From Candidatus Eremiobacteria bacterium (GTDB lineage: Bacteria > Vulcanimicrobiota > Vulcanimicrobiia > Vulcanimicrobiales > Vulcanimicrobiaceae): a stretch of 64,000 nucleotides of DNA. Location of the stretch: contig CAVTRC010000002.1 in NCBI GenBank assembly GCA_963737065.1, positions 128,001 through 192,000 of the forward strand. Reading direction: 5' to 3'. The notes beneath the pieces were generated by a model. It did not search any database. It was not told the DNA's origin and saw only the letters and a list, made by a program, of their open reading frames with translations. Position 1 is the stretch's first letter. Each line of letters starts with the position of its first letter. A program made the position numbers and the translations under genes. This document shows, piece by piece, positions 28,416 through 37,906 of this stretch.

Positions 28416-29259
28416 TTCGATGCGCTCTTCCGCCCTGGTGTCGTCGAGCGCGGCATCGTGGTCCAAAGACCACTTCAACCGCTCTCTCCTAACCAGGACG
28501 AAAGATCGCATCGAATTAAGGTTGGCATGGCGCTTCCGCCCGGGTGTCGTCGAGCGCGGCATCGTGGTCCAAAGACCACTTCAACCGCTCTCTCCTAACC
28601 AGGACGAAAGATCGCATCGAATTAAGGTTGGCATGGCGCTTCCGCCCGGGTGTCGTCGAGAGCGGCATCGTGGTCCAAAGACCACTTCAACCGCTCTCTC
28701 CTAACCAGGACGAAAGATCGCATCGAATTAAGGTTGGCATGGCGCTTCCGCCCGGGTGTCGTCGAGAGCGGCATCGTGGTCCAAAGACCACTTCAACCGC
28801 TCTCTCCTAACCAGGACGAAAGATCGCATCGAATTAAGGTTGGCATGGCGCTTCCGCCCGGGTGTCGTCGAGCGCGGCATCGTGGTCCAAAACCACTTCA
28901 ACCGCTCTCTCCTAACCAGGACGAAAGAATCGCGTCGAATTAAGTTTGGCATAGCGCCGCCCGGGTGTCGTCGAGCGCGGCATCGTGGTCCAAAGACCAC
29001 TTCAACCGCTCTCTCCTAACCAGAACGAAAGAATCGCGTCGAATTAAGTTTGGCATAGCGCCTCCGCCCTGGCGTCGTGGAGCGCGGCACCGTGGTCCAA
29101 AGACCACTTCAACCGCTCTCTCCTAACTAGGACGAAAGATCGCATCGAATTGCGATTCGACCGCGCTTCCGCCCGGGTGTCGTCGAGAGCGGCATCGTGG
29201 TCCAAAGACCACTTCAACCGCTCTCTCCTAACCAGGACGAAAGATCGCATCGGATTCGC
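28413..29259. repeat. Tandem array of 8 copies of a ~106-bp imperfect hairpin element
   Basis: Core GTGGTC-CAAA-GACCAC at 28458, 28564, 28670, 28776, 28882 (1-nt deletion), 28985, 29092 and 29197. The first unit, 28413-28518, is closed by TAATTCGATGCG/CGCATCGAATTA. Confidence 0.97.
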
Positions 29260-29312
29260 TCGAAGTCGAGCGGGACGGAAACGTCTCGCTCGTTTTCTTT
29301 TGAGGAGGATTC

Positions 29313-29828
29313 GTGTCGCACGAGACGCGGCTCAGCGCAACGTCGATTCTTATTTGGATCGCGATCGTTGCTTTCATTTTCTTTCGCGCGTCGCGGCGTC
29401 AACGCATCAGCATGGGACGGATGTGGGCGCAGGCGATTGTTCTAATGCTCCTCGGCGCGTTTGTGATCTACAGCTACGAACGGCTCAATCCGGCGCCCGC
29501 GTGGGAAGTCGCCGTTGCAATCGTCATTGGAGTTGCGGCGGGCATTCCCGTTGGAATCCTACGCGGGCATCACACGCAAGTTTCGGCCACGGATCGGCAC
29601 GGCGTGATGCAGCTCGGTCCGTCGTGGGCGACGGCCGGCATTTACGTCGGCGCGTTTGCGGTTCGCGCGCTCGTGCGTTATGTCTTTCCACCCAACAGTT
29701 CACTCGGCAGTGTCGTCGGTGACGCGTTCATGGTCTTTGCAATCGCGATCATCGGTACCACGTACTATATGGTGTACCGCAAATACGAAGCCCTCGATCG
29801 CGCGATGCCGGACACTGCGCGGGATTAG
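29313..29828 (+). CDS. CcdC/DUF1453-like membrane protein
   Basis: GAGGAGG RBS, about five TM segments, R.SR.QRI...RMW pattern. Confidence 0.7.
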   Translation: MSHETRLSATSILIWIAIVAFIFFRASRRQRISMGRMWAQAIVLMLLGAFVIYSYERLNPAPAWEVAVAIVIGVAAGIPVGILRGHHTQVSATDRHGVMQLGPSWATAGIYVGAFAVRALVRYVFPPNSSLGSVVGDAFMVFAIAIIGTTYYMVYRKYEALDRAMPDTARD

Positions 29829-30178
29829 CCGCTATACGTAGCGAGTTGCCATTCATTGCCGCTCGGGTCGGCGACCATCGCGCGACGGTCGCCGTAGGGC
29901 GTGTCACACGGTTCTTCGATTGAAGTGGCGCCTGCGGCAAGCGCACGCGCGTACGCCTCGTCGGCGTCGTCCACGTAGAGATATAGAAGACTCGACGTCG
30001 GCGCGCGCGTTCCGCTGCCGCTGACCATCACGTGCGAATCACCAAGACGCAGTATCGACGGCACCTCTGAACGGAACTCACCGGCGGCGCCAAACGCGTC
30101 GACCAAAAATGCGACGAGTCGCGCCGGGTCGTCTGCGACGAGACGCGGTGTGATCGTGTGCCAGCCTTCGGGTTTCAT
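29825..30178 (-). CDS. VOC/glyoxalase (PhnB-like) protein
   Basis: HTITPRL, LYLYVDDAD and YGDRRAMVADPSGNEWQL motifs. Confidence 0.92.
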   Translation of the reverse strand: MKPEGWHTITPRLVADDPARLVAFLVDAFGAAGEFRSEVPSILRLGDSHVMVSGSGTRAPTSSLLYLYVDDADEAYARALAAGATSIEEPCDTPYGDRRAMVADPSGNEWQLATYSG

Positions 30179-30188
30179 ACATCCGTTC

Positions 30189-30222
30189 TACCATACTTGA
30201 AACGATTGTTTCAAGTATGGTA
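30189..30222. promoter_or_regulatory. Perfect palindrome, probable TetR operator overlapping divergent promoters
   Basis: TACCATACTTGAAAC-GATT-GTTTCAAGTATGGTA, with 15-bp arms, between the divergent VOC and TetR genes. Confidence 0.85.
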
Positions 30223-30232
30223 CGGTCGGGGC

Positions 30233-30835
30233 GTGACCCGGCCCGCCGACGCACACCGCCGTGCGCAATTGCTCGACGATATCATCGACTACGTCGTCGA
30301 AAACGGTTTGAGCGACCTCTCATTGCGGCCGCTCGCCGATGCGGTCGGAGCAAGCCCGCGGGTGCTGCTCTATTACTTCGGCGGCACGAAAGCGCAACTG
30401 ATCCAGGCGATCATTGCCGGCGTTCGCGAAAGGCAGGTGAAAGGATTCGCCGCTCTGCGGAGTGCGCGCCATGCGTCTGCGCGCGATGCGTGCGTCGCCG
30501 CGTGGAAGATCATGACGCAGCCGCGGCTCCAACCACTCTTTCGATTTTTCTTTGAACTGTTCGGTTTGGCGTTGCGCGATCGAAAAACATACGGCGACTT
30601 CCTCCATCATGCCGTCGAAGACTGGATCGTCTTTTTCTCCGCGCCGCTGATTGCGGCGGGTGTTCCGAAGTCCGAGGCGCGCGCACGCGGGACGATAATC
30701 CTCGCTGCGTTTCGTGGATTTCTCATGGATCTATGCGCGACGGGCGACCGAGCGCGGATCGATCGCGCCGTTGAACTGTGGTTAGATTCGCTCGATCGGT
30801 CAGAAACAAAAAAGGAGCTGCGCCGTGCTCAATAA
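30233..30835 (+). CDS. TetR/AcrR family transcriptional regulator
   Basis: GLSDLSLRPLADAVGASPRVLLYYFG HTH. Confidence 0.93.
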   Translation: MTRPADAHRRAQLLDDIIDYVVENGLSDLSLRPLADAVGASPRVLLYYFGGTKAQLIQAIIAGVRERQVKGFAALRSARHASARDACVAAWKIMTQPRLQPLFRFFFELFGLALRDRKTYGDFLHHAVEDWIVFFSAPLIAAGVPKSEARARGTIILAAFRGFLMDLCATGDRARIDRAVELWLDSLDRSETKKELRRAQ

Positions 30836-32102
30836 GCGCTCCGCGGCGATGACGTTCATCTTCGTGACCGTCGTTCTCGACATGCTCGCGCTCGGCATCA
30901 TCATTCCCGTGTTTCAGCCGCTGATCTTGATGTTTGCGCACGGAAGTTATGCGAACGCATCGATCTACAGCGGCATCTTCGCTACGATTTTTGCTGTCGT
31001 TCAATTCTTCGCATCACCCGTACTCGGCACGCTCTCCGACCGGTTCGGACGCCGTCCGATCGTATTGCTCTCCAATATCGGAACGAGCGTCGATTACGCG
31101 ATCCTCGCGCTTGCACCGAATCTCGAGTGGCTCTTCGTCGGGCGCGTGCTTTCAGGTGCAACGACGGCGAGCATCACGGTTGCAAGCGCATACGTCGCCG
31201 ACGTCACGCCGGCCGAGAAGCGCGCGGGCGCGTACGGCATGATCAGCGCCGCGTTTGGTATCGGCTTCGTCGTCGGTCCGGCGATCGGCGGTCTGCTGGG
31301 CGCGCACGACCCGCGGCTGCCGTTTTGGGTTGCCGGCGCGCTTAGTCTTGTAAATTTTTTCTACGGGCTCTTCGTACTGCCCGAGTCGCTCGGTCGCGAA
31401 CATCGCAACACGTTTTCGTGGAAGCGTGCAAATCCACTCGGCTCCCTGAAAATGCTCCGTCGCCACCACGAGCTATCGGGGCTCGCAATCGTGCTGCAAA
31501 TTGGGTACGTCGCGCACGAAGCGCTTCCGCAGCTCTTCGTGCTCTATGCGCTGTACGCGTTTGCGTGGACGATGCGAACGATCGGCGCGGCTCTTGCGGC
31601 GGTCGGGATCTTGACGATCGTCATTTCGGGATTCGTCATTCAACGCGTCGTCGATCGTTTCGGAGAACGCAAGGCGCTGCTGGCCGGTTTGTTCTTCGGC
31701 GCGGTCGGCTTTTGGATGTACAGCGGAAGCCCGTTGCTTTTCTGGATCGGTATGCCGATCAACATGTTGTGGATGATTGCCGGATCGTCGTCACAAGCAA
31801 TCATGACCCGGCGTGTCGCCAAAAACGAGCAAGGCGAACTGCAGGGCGCGATCAACATGTTGCGCAGCGTCGGCATGATCGTCGGTCCGCCGATCTTCAC
31901 CGGAATCTTTGCGTATTCGATCGGGCCCGCACATGCATGGAAGGCGCCCGGTTTGGGGTGGGTCGCGGGTGCTCTGCTCCTGTTCGTTTCGATTATTGTC
32001 GCCGCGCGCGTCACATCACCGCGCGACGACGTGCGCGAGCCGGTCGACACCGCGGCGACGATCGAGGAAACCGTACCGGCAGAGGTTCCGCTTACGCAAT
32101 AG
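30825..32102 (+). CDS. TCR/Tet family MFS efflux transporter
   Basis: LDMLALGIIIP, GTLSDRFGRRP, GPAIGG and QGELQG motifs; about 12 TM segments. Confidence 0.93.
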   Translation: MLNKRSAAMTFIFVTVVLDMLALGIIIPVFQPLILMFAHGSYANASIYSGIFATIFAVVQFFASPVLGTLSDRFGRRPIVLLSNIGTSVDYAILALAPNLEWLFVGRVLSGATTASITVASAYVADVTPAEKRAGAYGMISAAFGIGFVVGPAIGGLLGAHDPRLPFWVAGALSLVNFFYGLFVLPESLGREHRNTFSWKRANPLGSLKMLRRHHELSGLAIVLQIGYVAHEALPQLFVLYALYAFAWTMRTIGAALAAVGILTIVISGFVIQRVVDRFGERKALLAGLFFGAVGFWMYSGSPLLFWIGMPINMLWMIAGSSSQAIMTRRVAKNEQGELQGAINMLRSVGMIVGPPIFTGIFAYSIGPAHAWKAPGLGWVAGALLLFVSIIVAARVTSPRDDVREPVDTAATIEETVPAEVPLTQ

Positions 32103-32105
32103 CAG

Positions 32106-32879
32106 CTACAACGGCGTCCCGGACGCCGGATTGGGATTGAACCGTCCGAACGTCGCCGGATCGTTGCGGAATTCATTCTCGAGATCGGTGACGCGATGCG
32201 TGTCGCTTGGGTGATCCGAAAGCATTTCGATTGGAGGCGCTTGCTGCGACGAACCTTCGAATCGTCTGAAGAGCCAGACCATGCCCCATGGATTTTCGCC
32301 GGCCTGCGCGCAGATATACGCGCCTGTGTGATCGGCGGCGCTCTCCACCGGTCGCGAGTAGCTCAAGCTCTCGAGTTGCGCCCCCGTACCGACGACCATT
32401 TGGCCGATCGTGCTGTTACCGACGAGCATTCCGGCTAGGCCGGCGAGCAGCGAAAGGTTTTGTTCCTTCCGGTACAGGTTGTAGACGTCGTGATGGATGT
32501 CGTGTGAGACTTCGTGGCACAGCACGCCCGCAAGTTCTTGCTGATTCTGCGCGAACGACATCATCGACGTCGTGACGTAGACGTTTCCGCCGGGCACCGC
32601 GAACGCGTTCGGCGAGCCGTTGTTGACCAAGATGAAGCGAAACGGAACAAAGTACTGATGGTCCGCGACGCTTTTGATGCGCTTCGCGATCGGACCCAAC
32701 TTTCCGTAGAGCGGCGAAGACGTTGGAACGACCTTACTTTGAAGCTGCTCGTATTCTTGCTGGCCGACTTGCAGTTCCCATTGTTCTTGCTCGGTGTACG
32801 CCTGCGCCGGGACGGCGGCTGCGAACGTCGTGGATAACGCGAGAAGCGATGCAACGGCGAAGCGGGCAAACGTTTGCAT
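32106..32879 (-). CDS. M48 family metallopeptidase (secreted)
   Basis: Signal peptide; NAFAVPGG, HEVSH, YSRPVESAAD and SDHP motifs. Confidence 0.92.
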   Translation of the reverse strand: MQTFARFAVASLLALSTTFAAAVPAQAYTEQEQWELQVGQQEYEQLQSKVVPTSSPLYGKLGPIAKRIKSVADHQYFVPFRFILVNNGSPNAFAVPGGNVYVTTSMMSFAQNQQELAGVLCHEVSHDIHHDVYNLYRKEQNLSLLAGLAGMLVGNSTIGQMVVGTGAQLESLSYSRPVESAADHTGAYICAQAGENPWGMVWLFRRFEGSSQQAPPIEMLSDHPSDTHRVTDLENEFRNDPATFGRFNPNPASGTPL

Positions 32880-32979
32880 AGAAGACAGTATTCCCACATC
32901 TGTTAGAACGTGCAACGGGCCCGGCTGAGTGCCGTGCCCGCTGTATTTTCGCGATGAGAACTTGGTTAATTCGACGCCG

Positions 32980-35088
32980 TTAATGTGCGAGGAACCCAAC
33001 GAGCAATAATGCGACGATGTTCAGCACTTTGATCATCGGGTTGATCGCGGGACCGGCCGTATCTTTGTACGGGTCACCGACCGTATCGCCGGTCACCGCT
33101 GCTTGGTGAGCGATGGATCCTTTGCCGCCGTACTGACCATCCTCGATGTATTTCTTCGCGTTGTCCCATGCGCCACCGCCGGTCGTCATCGAAATTGCTA
33201 GAAAGAGACCCGTGACAATGGATCCGACGAGAATACCGCCCATGACTTGCGCGCCCGTGTTACCGGGCAGTACGCCGAACACCGAGAGCAACACCACGAT
33301 GATCGGAACGCCAACGGGAATCAGCGCCGGAACGACCATCTCTTTGAGAGCGGCAGTCGTCACGATGCCGACCGTCGTTGCGTAGTTCGGCTTGGCCGTG
33401 CCTTCCATGATGCCGGGAATCTCACGGAACTGACGGCGCACTTCTTCGACGACAGCACCGCCTGCGCGTCCGACCGCTTGCATCGAGAGGGATGCGAACA
33501 GATACGGAAGCAGACCGCCGATGAAGAGACCTGCGAGTACGTACGGATCACCGATCGCAAAGAGATCCGTGACGCTCGCCGCGCAATCGGCGCCGCCGGT
33601 CGCGCCGCACTTGGCTTTGATCAACTCCTGCAAGAACGAAGCAAAGAGTACGACCGCCGCGAGTGCCGCCGAACCGATCGCGTATCCTTTGGTGACAGCC
33701 TTCGTCGTATTTCCGACGGCATCGAGCGGATCGGTGACGTTGCGCACGCTCTCGGGCATGTCGGCCATTTCTGCGATACCGCCCGCGTTATCGGTAATTG
33801 GTCCGAACGAGTCGATCGCGACCACGATGCCGGCAAGTGAAAGCATCGCCATGACGGCAATGCCGACGCCGTACGTTCCGGCCAGACCGTAACTGACGAG
33901 AATACCGATCACGATAACGATTGCGGGGAGCGCCGTGCCTTGCATGGAGACCGCAAGTCCAGCAATGATGTTTGTTGCGTGTCCCGTGACCGATGCCTTC
34001 GCAATGCTGCGTACCGGCGCGAACTGCGTACCGGTATAGTACTCCGTAATGATCGTAATCAAACCGGTGACGGCAACGCCGACGAGCGCGCAGAAAAAGA
34101 TCGCAGTCGGATTGATGTCCGTCGATCCGCCGAACGTTGCTTTGGTCGCGAACCAAAATCCGATCAGCGCGAGAATACCGGCGACGATCATACCGTTGTA
34201 AAGCGACGCCATGATGCGCGTTTTCGACACGGAGCCCACGCCGACGATCCACGACCCGATGATCGATGCGACGATCGAGAGCGCCCCGAGGACGAGCGGA
34301 AACGTGGTGGCGCCGGGTACTTTGTCGCCGAAGACGAGATTGCCGAGCAACATCGCGGCAACCGTCGTGACGCAGTACGTTTCGAAAAGGTCTGCTGCCA
34401 TGCCGGCGCAGTCGCCGACGTTGTCGCCCACGTTGTCTGCAATAACGGCCGGATTGCGCGGATCGTCTTCGGGAATACCGGCTTCGACCTTACCGACCAG
34501 ATCGGCGCCGACGTCGGCCGCCTTCGTATAGATGCCGCCACCCAGACGCGCGAAGACGGAGATCAGCGAGCATCCGAACGCGAGACCGACCATTGCGCCG
34601 AGCGTGCGCGTCGTGTCGCCGCCGTTCGTGTTTTGCAGAATCGCGTAATATCCCGAAACGGCAAGCAATCCAAGGCCGACGACGAGCATGCCCGTTACCG
34701 TGCCGCCGCGGAATGCGACGTGCAGCGCCGGGCCTAAGCCGCCGCGCGCCGCTTCTGCAGTGCGCACGTTCGCGCGCACTGACACGATCATTCCGATGAA
34801 GCCGGCGGCTCCCGAAAGAATCGCGCCGATCAAGAAGCCGACTGCGGCCTCCCAGCCAAGCGGAGGCGCGAAAAAGATGATGATCGCCAGAACGATCGCA
34901 ACGATTCCAATCGTCGTGTACTGGCGCTGCAGAAAGGCCATCGCGCCTTCCTGAATGGCCGCCGCGATCGATTTCATCCGCTCGTTGCCGTCCGGCCGCC
35001 TGAGCACCCAAAAGGTGAGGACGATACCGTAAATTACGGCCAGGGCGCCACCGATCAGGCCGGCCAAAATCGCAGATTGTGCCGTCAT
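32980..35088 (-). CDS. hppA: Membrane H+-translocating pyrophosphatase (K+-independent type)
   Basis: [35 protein letters not shown] and [10 protein letters not shown] motifs. Confidence 0.97.
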   Translation of the reverse strand: MTAQSAILAGLIGGALAVIYGIVLTFWVLRRPDGNERMKSIAAAIQEGAMAFLQRQYTTIGIVAIVLAIIIFFAPPLGWEAAVGFLIGAILSGAAGFIGMIVSVRANVRTAEAARGGLGPALHVAFRGGTVTGMLVVGLGLLAVSGYYAILQNTNGGDTTRTLGAMVGLAFGCSLISVFARLGGGIYTKAADVGADLVGKVEAGIPEDDPRNPAVIADNVGDNVGDCAGMAADLFETYCVTTVAAMLLGNLVFGDKVPGATTFPLVLGALSIVASIIGSWIVGVGSVSKTRIMASLYNGMIVAGILALIGFWFATKATFGGSTDINPTAIFFCALVGVAVTGLITIITEYYTGTQFAPVRSIAKASVTGHATNIIAGLAVSMQGTALPAIVIVIGILVSYGLAGTYGVGIAVMAMLSLAGIVVAIDSFGPITDNAGGIAEMADMPESVRNVTDPLDAVGNTTKAVTKGYAIGSAALAAVVLFASFLQELIKAKCGATGGADCAASVTDLFAIGDPYVLAGLFIGGLLPYLFASLSMQAVGRAGGAVVEEVRRQFREIPGIMEGTAKPNYATTVGIVTTAALKEMVVPALIPVGVPIIVVLLSVFGVLPGNTGAQVMGGILVGSIVTGLFLAISMTTGGGAWDNAKKYIEDGQYGGKGSIAHQAAVTGDTVGDPYKDTAGPAINPMIKVLNIVALLLVGFLAH

Positions 35089-35205
35089 TCATGCCCTTAC
35101 GTAGGAGTAGCAGCAAACGCAGCGCGTAAGGCGCCGCCTAAGCGCGACGGGTACCCCTAAAAAGCCTACTTTTCCTTTAGAAGCGCCGCACGCTGCGCGA
35201 CGCGA

Positions 35206-35748
35206 TTACGCTTCTTCGATTTTTATAAAGCGGTCGTACGCTTCGGCGATCACGCGGCGGGAATAGGCGGCGTCGTGCCAGCCGCGCACGGTGGTTTGCT
35301 TTCCTTCAAGTGCTTTGTATGTGTCGAAGAAGTGTGAAATCTTGCGCAGCAGGTGCGGGAAGATCTGCGAGTAGTTATGGATCTCTTCAAACGCGGGCTC
35401 GCCGACCGGTACTGCAAGCACCTTGTCGTCTTGCTTTCCGCCGTCGGTCATCTCGAGCAAGCCGATTGGACGCGCGCTTACGAGACAACCCGAGAACGTC
35501 GGTTCAATGGCGAGCACCAGCACGTCGAGGGGATCGTCATCCAGCGCCAGCGTTTGCGGCACGAATCCGTAATCGCCCGGATAGTGAATGGCCGAGTGCA
35601 GCGCGCGATCGAGCCGGAAAATGTCCAGTTGTTTGTCGTACTCGTACTTATTGCGCGACTTCTCCGGAATTTCGACGACGACGTTGATTTCGTCCGGTTG
35701 ATTTGCGCCGATCGGCAAGTGGAGATAATTTCGTCCGGGAGCGTCCAT
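35206..35748 (-). CDS. ppa: Soluble family I inorganic pyrophosphatase
   Basis: KYEYDK, YPGDYG, DDDPLDVLV and HFFDTYKALE motifs. Confidence 0.95.
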   Translation of the reverse strand: MDAPGRNYLHLPIGANQPDEINVVVEIPEKSRNKYEYDKQLDIFRLDRALHSAIHYPGDYGFVPQTLALDDDPLDVLVLAIEPTFSGCLVSARPIGLLEMTDGGKQDDKVLAVPVGEPAFEEIHNYSQIFPHLLRKISHFFDTYKALEGKQTTVRGWHDAAYSRRVIAEAYDRFIKIEEA

Positions 35749-35847
35749 AGCGAGCCCGGTTGTTCGTGTCCCGCGGCGAGGGGACCTCGATAGTCCGACA
35801 AGCTCTACCAAGGCTCAATGCGACAAGTGTGGTAGTAGCCATGAGAG

Positions 35848-37050
35848 ATGGAAGATGTCGAGTTTCTCGTCGTCGGCGCAGGTCCGGCAGGCAGCACTGC
35901 TGCGAGAGAAGCAGCGGCTTCGGGAATTGAAACGCTCGTTCTCGAGAAAGATAGCGTCGTCGGTGCCAAGCGCGTGTGCGCCGCGGGCTTGCGTCCCGGT
36001 TTTTGCGAAACGTTCGATCTTCCCCGCGACATCGTTCATTGCGACACGCCGCGTCTCGCACTCTTCGACGAGCAAGGACGCGAATACGAAGTTCTGTTCG
36101 GTCCCGGTCACACGTCGACGCGCGAAGAACTTGATGGGACGATGGCTCGACTTGCGCACGCCGCAGGCGCGGAAATTCGAACGCAATCGTTACTGAAGCA
36201 TTTCAGACGCGAACACGATAGCGCGGTCATTGAATACGCCGATCTCGCGTGCGGAGCTCGCAAGAACGTGCGCGCGCGAACCGTCTTTTTCGCCAACGGC
36301 GCCACCGCGCGGTTCGAGCGGCTGAGCGAGGAACGCGCGTTCGATGACTCGCGATGGGATGCGGGCTTGATGACGACGCTGCAGTACCGGGTGTACCTCG
36401 ACCGTCCCGCCGCCGCCATCGCGTATCAAACGCTCGAGCTTCATTATTATGTGTCGCGCGGCCGTCAGATCGTCGCATGGATGTTCCCCAAGCGCGACCA
36501 CCTGGCGATCGGGCTGGGACTCATCGGAAAACTGCCCGGAGCGCAATTGCGTGAGGAGTTGGATGCGTTTACCGGGCGCGTTCGCGGGCGGCTCTACCCC
36601 GGCGCGACCGTCACACAGGTAAAAGAGGAAGGCCACTTGCTCTTCGGCGGATGGCCGCGTGCGCAATTCGCCGAGCGCGGCGTAATGGTTGGTGGAACCG
36701 CCGCGGGGCTCGTCGATGCGACGAACGGTGAGGGAATCTTCGAAGCAGCGATGAGCGGGCGTCTCGCCGCGCACGCGGTGCAAGAGCATCGCCACGCGCC
36801 GCACGCCGCATCCGAGCGTTATCGCGACCGGCTCAACGCGCGCTTTCTCCGCCGGCTCGAACGCCGCGTGCGCCTCATGCGCTTTCTCGAGGAGCGGCCG
36901 AAACGTTACGGCCTGCTCTTCGAACAACTTGCATCGAGCCGGCGTTTCTCCAACGCGCTGTATCAGGAAGATCGCGAGCGAACAATTTTCGACCGGGCCG
37001 TCCTCTATGCGCATGCTTTACGTTTTGGCGTGAGGGCTTCGTTCGTGTAA
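35848..37050 (+). CDS. Geranylgeranyl-reductase-family FAD-dependent oxidoreductase
   Basis: VVGAGPAGS, WMFPK and G.AAGLVD..NGEGI..A motifs. Confidence 0.88.
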   Translation: MEDVEFLVVGAGPAGSTAAREAAASGIETLVLEKDSVVGAKRVCAAGLRPGFCETFDLPRDIVHCDTPRLALFDEQGREYEVLFGPGHTSTREELDGTMARLAHAAGAEIRTQSLLKHFRREHDSAVIEYADLACGARKNVRARTVFFANGATARFERLSEERAFDDSRWDAGLMTTLQYRVYLDRPAAAIAYQTLELHYYVSRGRQIVAWMFPKRDHLAIGLGLIGKLPGAQLREELDAFTGRVRGRLYPGATVTQVKEEGHLLFGGWPRAQFAERGVMVGGTAAGLVDATNGEGIFEAAMSGRLAAHAVQEHRHAPHAASERYRDRLNARFLRRLERRVRLMRFLEERPKRYGLLFEQLASSRRFSNALYQEDRERTIFDRAVLYAHALRFGVRASFV

Positions 37051-37071
37051 GCGGCGAAGCTCGCCCCACCG

Positions 37072-37893
37072 GTGTCCACTGTCGCTATTTCCGAAGCGGA
37101 GTTTCTTGCGCTGCGCGATTGTATTCGCGAGCGTTTTGGAATTTTCTACGACGATACGAAACAGTTTCTACTGCAAAGCCGCTTGCAAACGCGTCTTCTC
37201 AAAACGCGAATGCAAGATTTTCGGTCGTACTACCGGCTTCTCACTACGGCCCCCGAACGCGACGCGGAATGGGCCGAACTCGCTTCGGTCTTGTGCAACA
37301 ACGAGACGTACTTCTTTCGCGAGAGAGCGCAACTCGACATCCTCGTCACCGACGTGCTCGATGAAGCGATAAAAAACGGCGGCCGCCTCAGAGTATGGTC
37401 CTCGGCGTGTTCCACCGGCGAGGAACCGTTCACGATTGCCATGATGCTCTTGGAGAGCAAACGCATCAGCCGCGCGGCGATCACGTTGCGCGCGACGGAC
37501 CTTTCTCCGCGCGCCTTGGAAAAAGCGTCGACCGGCTTCTATCGTGAACTTTCGTTTCGCGCGACGCCGCCCGAAGTGGTGCAAAAATATTTTCGCCCGT
37601 TCGAAGGCGGCTTCTTCATCAACGACGACGTTAAGCACATGGCGCAGTTTTCGCGGATGAACCTCCTCGATGACCGCTCGGTCGCCGCGATGGGAATTCA
37701 TGACGCGATTTTCTGTCGCAACGTCTTGATCTATTTCGATAAGCCCACGCAGAAGCGCGTCGTCGAGGCATTCGCCGGCGCTTTACGGCCCGGTGGATAT
37801 TTGTTCTTGGGGCACGCGGAATCGATCATGCGGCTCACCGGCCTCTACGAGCCCGTCGTCACTGCGAAAGCGATCTACTATCGGCGGAAATGA
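37072..37893 (+). CDS. cheR: Chemotaxis methyltransferase CheR
   Basis: NETYFFRE, WSSACSTGEEP, FCRNVLIYFD and GHAES motifs. Confidence 0.96.
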   Translation: MSTVAISEAEFLALRDCIRERFGIFYDDTKQFLLQSRLQTRLLKTRMQDFRSYYRLLTTAPERDAEWAELASVLCNNETYFFRERAQLDILVTDVLDEAIKNGGRLRVWSSACSTGEEPFTIAMMLLESKRISRAAITLRATDLSPRALEKASTGFYRELSFRATPPEVVQKYFRPFEGGFFINDDVKHMAQFSRMNLLDDRSVAAMGIHDAIFCRNVLIYFDKPTQKRVVEAFAGALRPGGYLFLGHAESIMRLTGLYEPVVTAKAIYYRRK

Positions 37894-37906
37894 CGGAACG
37901 ATAGAG

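Noticed and set aside
28440..28490. SAM-I or glycine riboswitch similarity on the minus strand (GAGAGCGGTTGAAG...GATGCCGC)
   Set aside because: Only a P2-like fragment resembles them. The AUC/GCAAC/GUGC or CUCUCAGG core elements are missing and no suitable gene is downstream.
28480..28515. Hammerhead ribozyme in the repeat (TCCT-AACC-AGGA-CGAAA resembles stem II plus GAAA)
   Set aside because: The required CUGANGA core is absent on both strands.
28285..29250. ORFs within the repeat array
   Set aside because: The unit length is not a multiple of 3, the same peptides recur in rotating frames, and there is no RBS. They are by-products of the repeat.
28413..29259. CRISPR array
   Set aside because: Units are near-identical along their whole ~106 bp with no unique spacers, and there are no cas genes in the window.
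30825..32102. Bona fide tetA tetracycline resistance gene
   Set aside because: Family motifs only. The regulator is a generic TetR/AcrR type and the substrate cannot be assigned from sequence.
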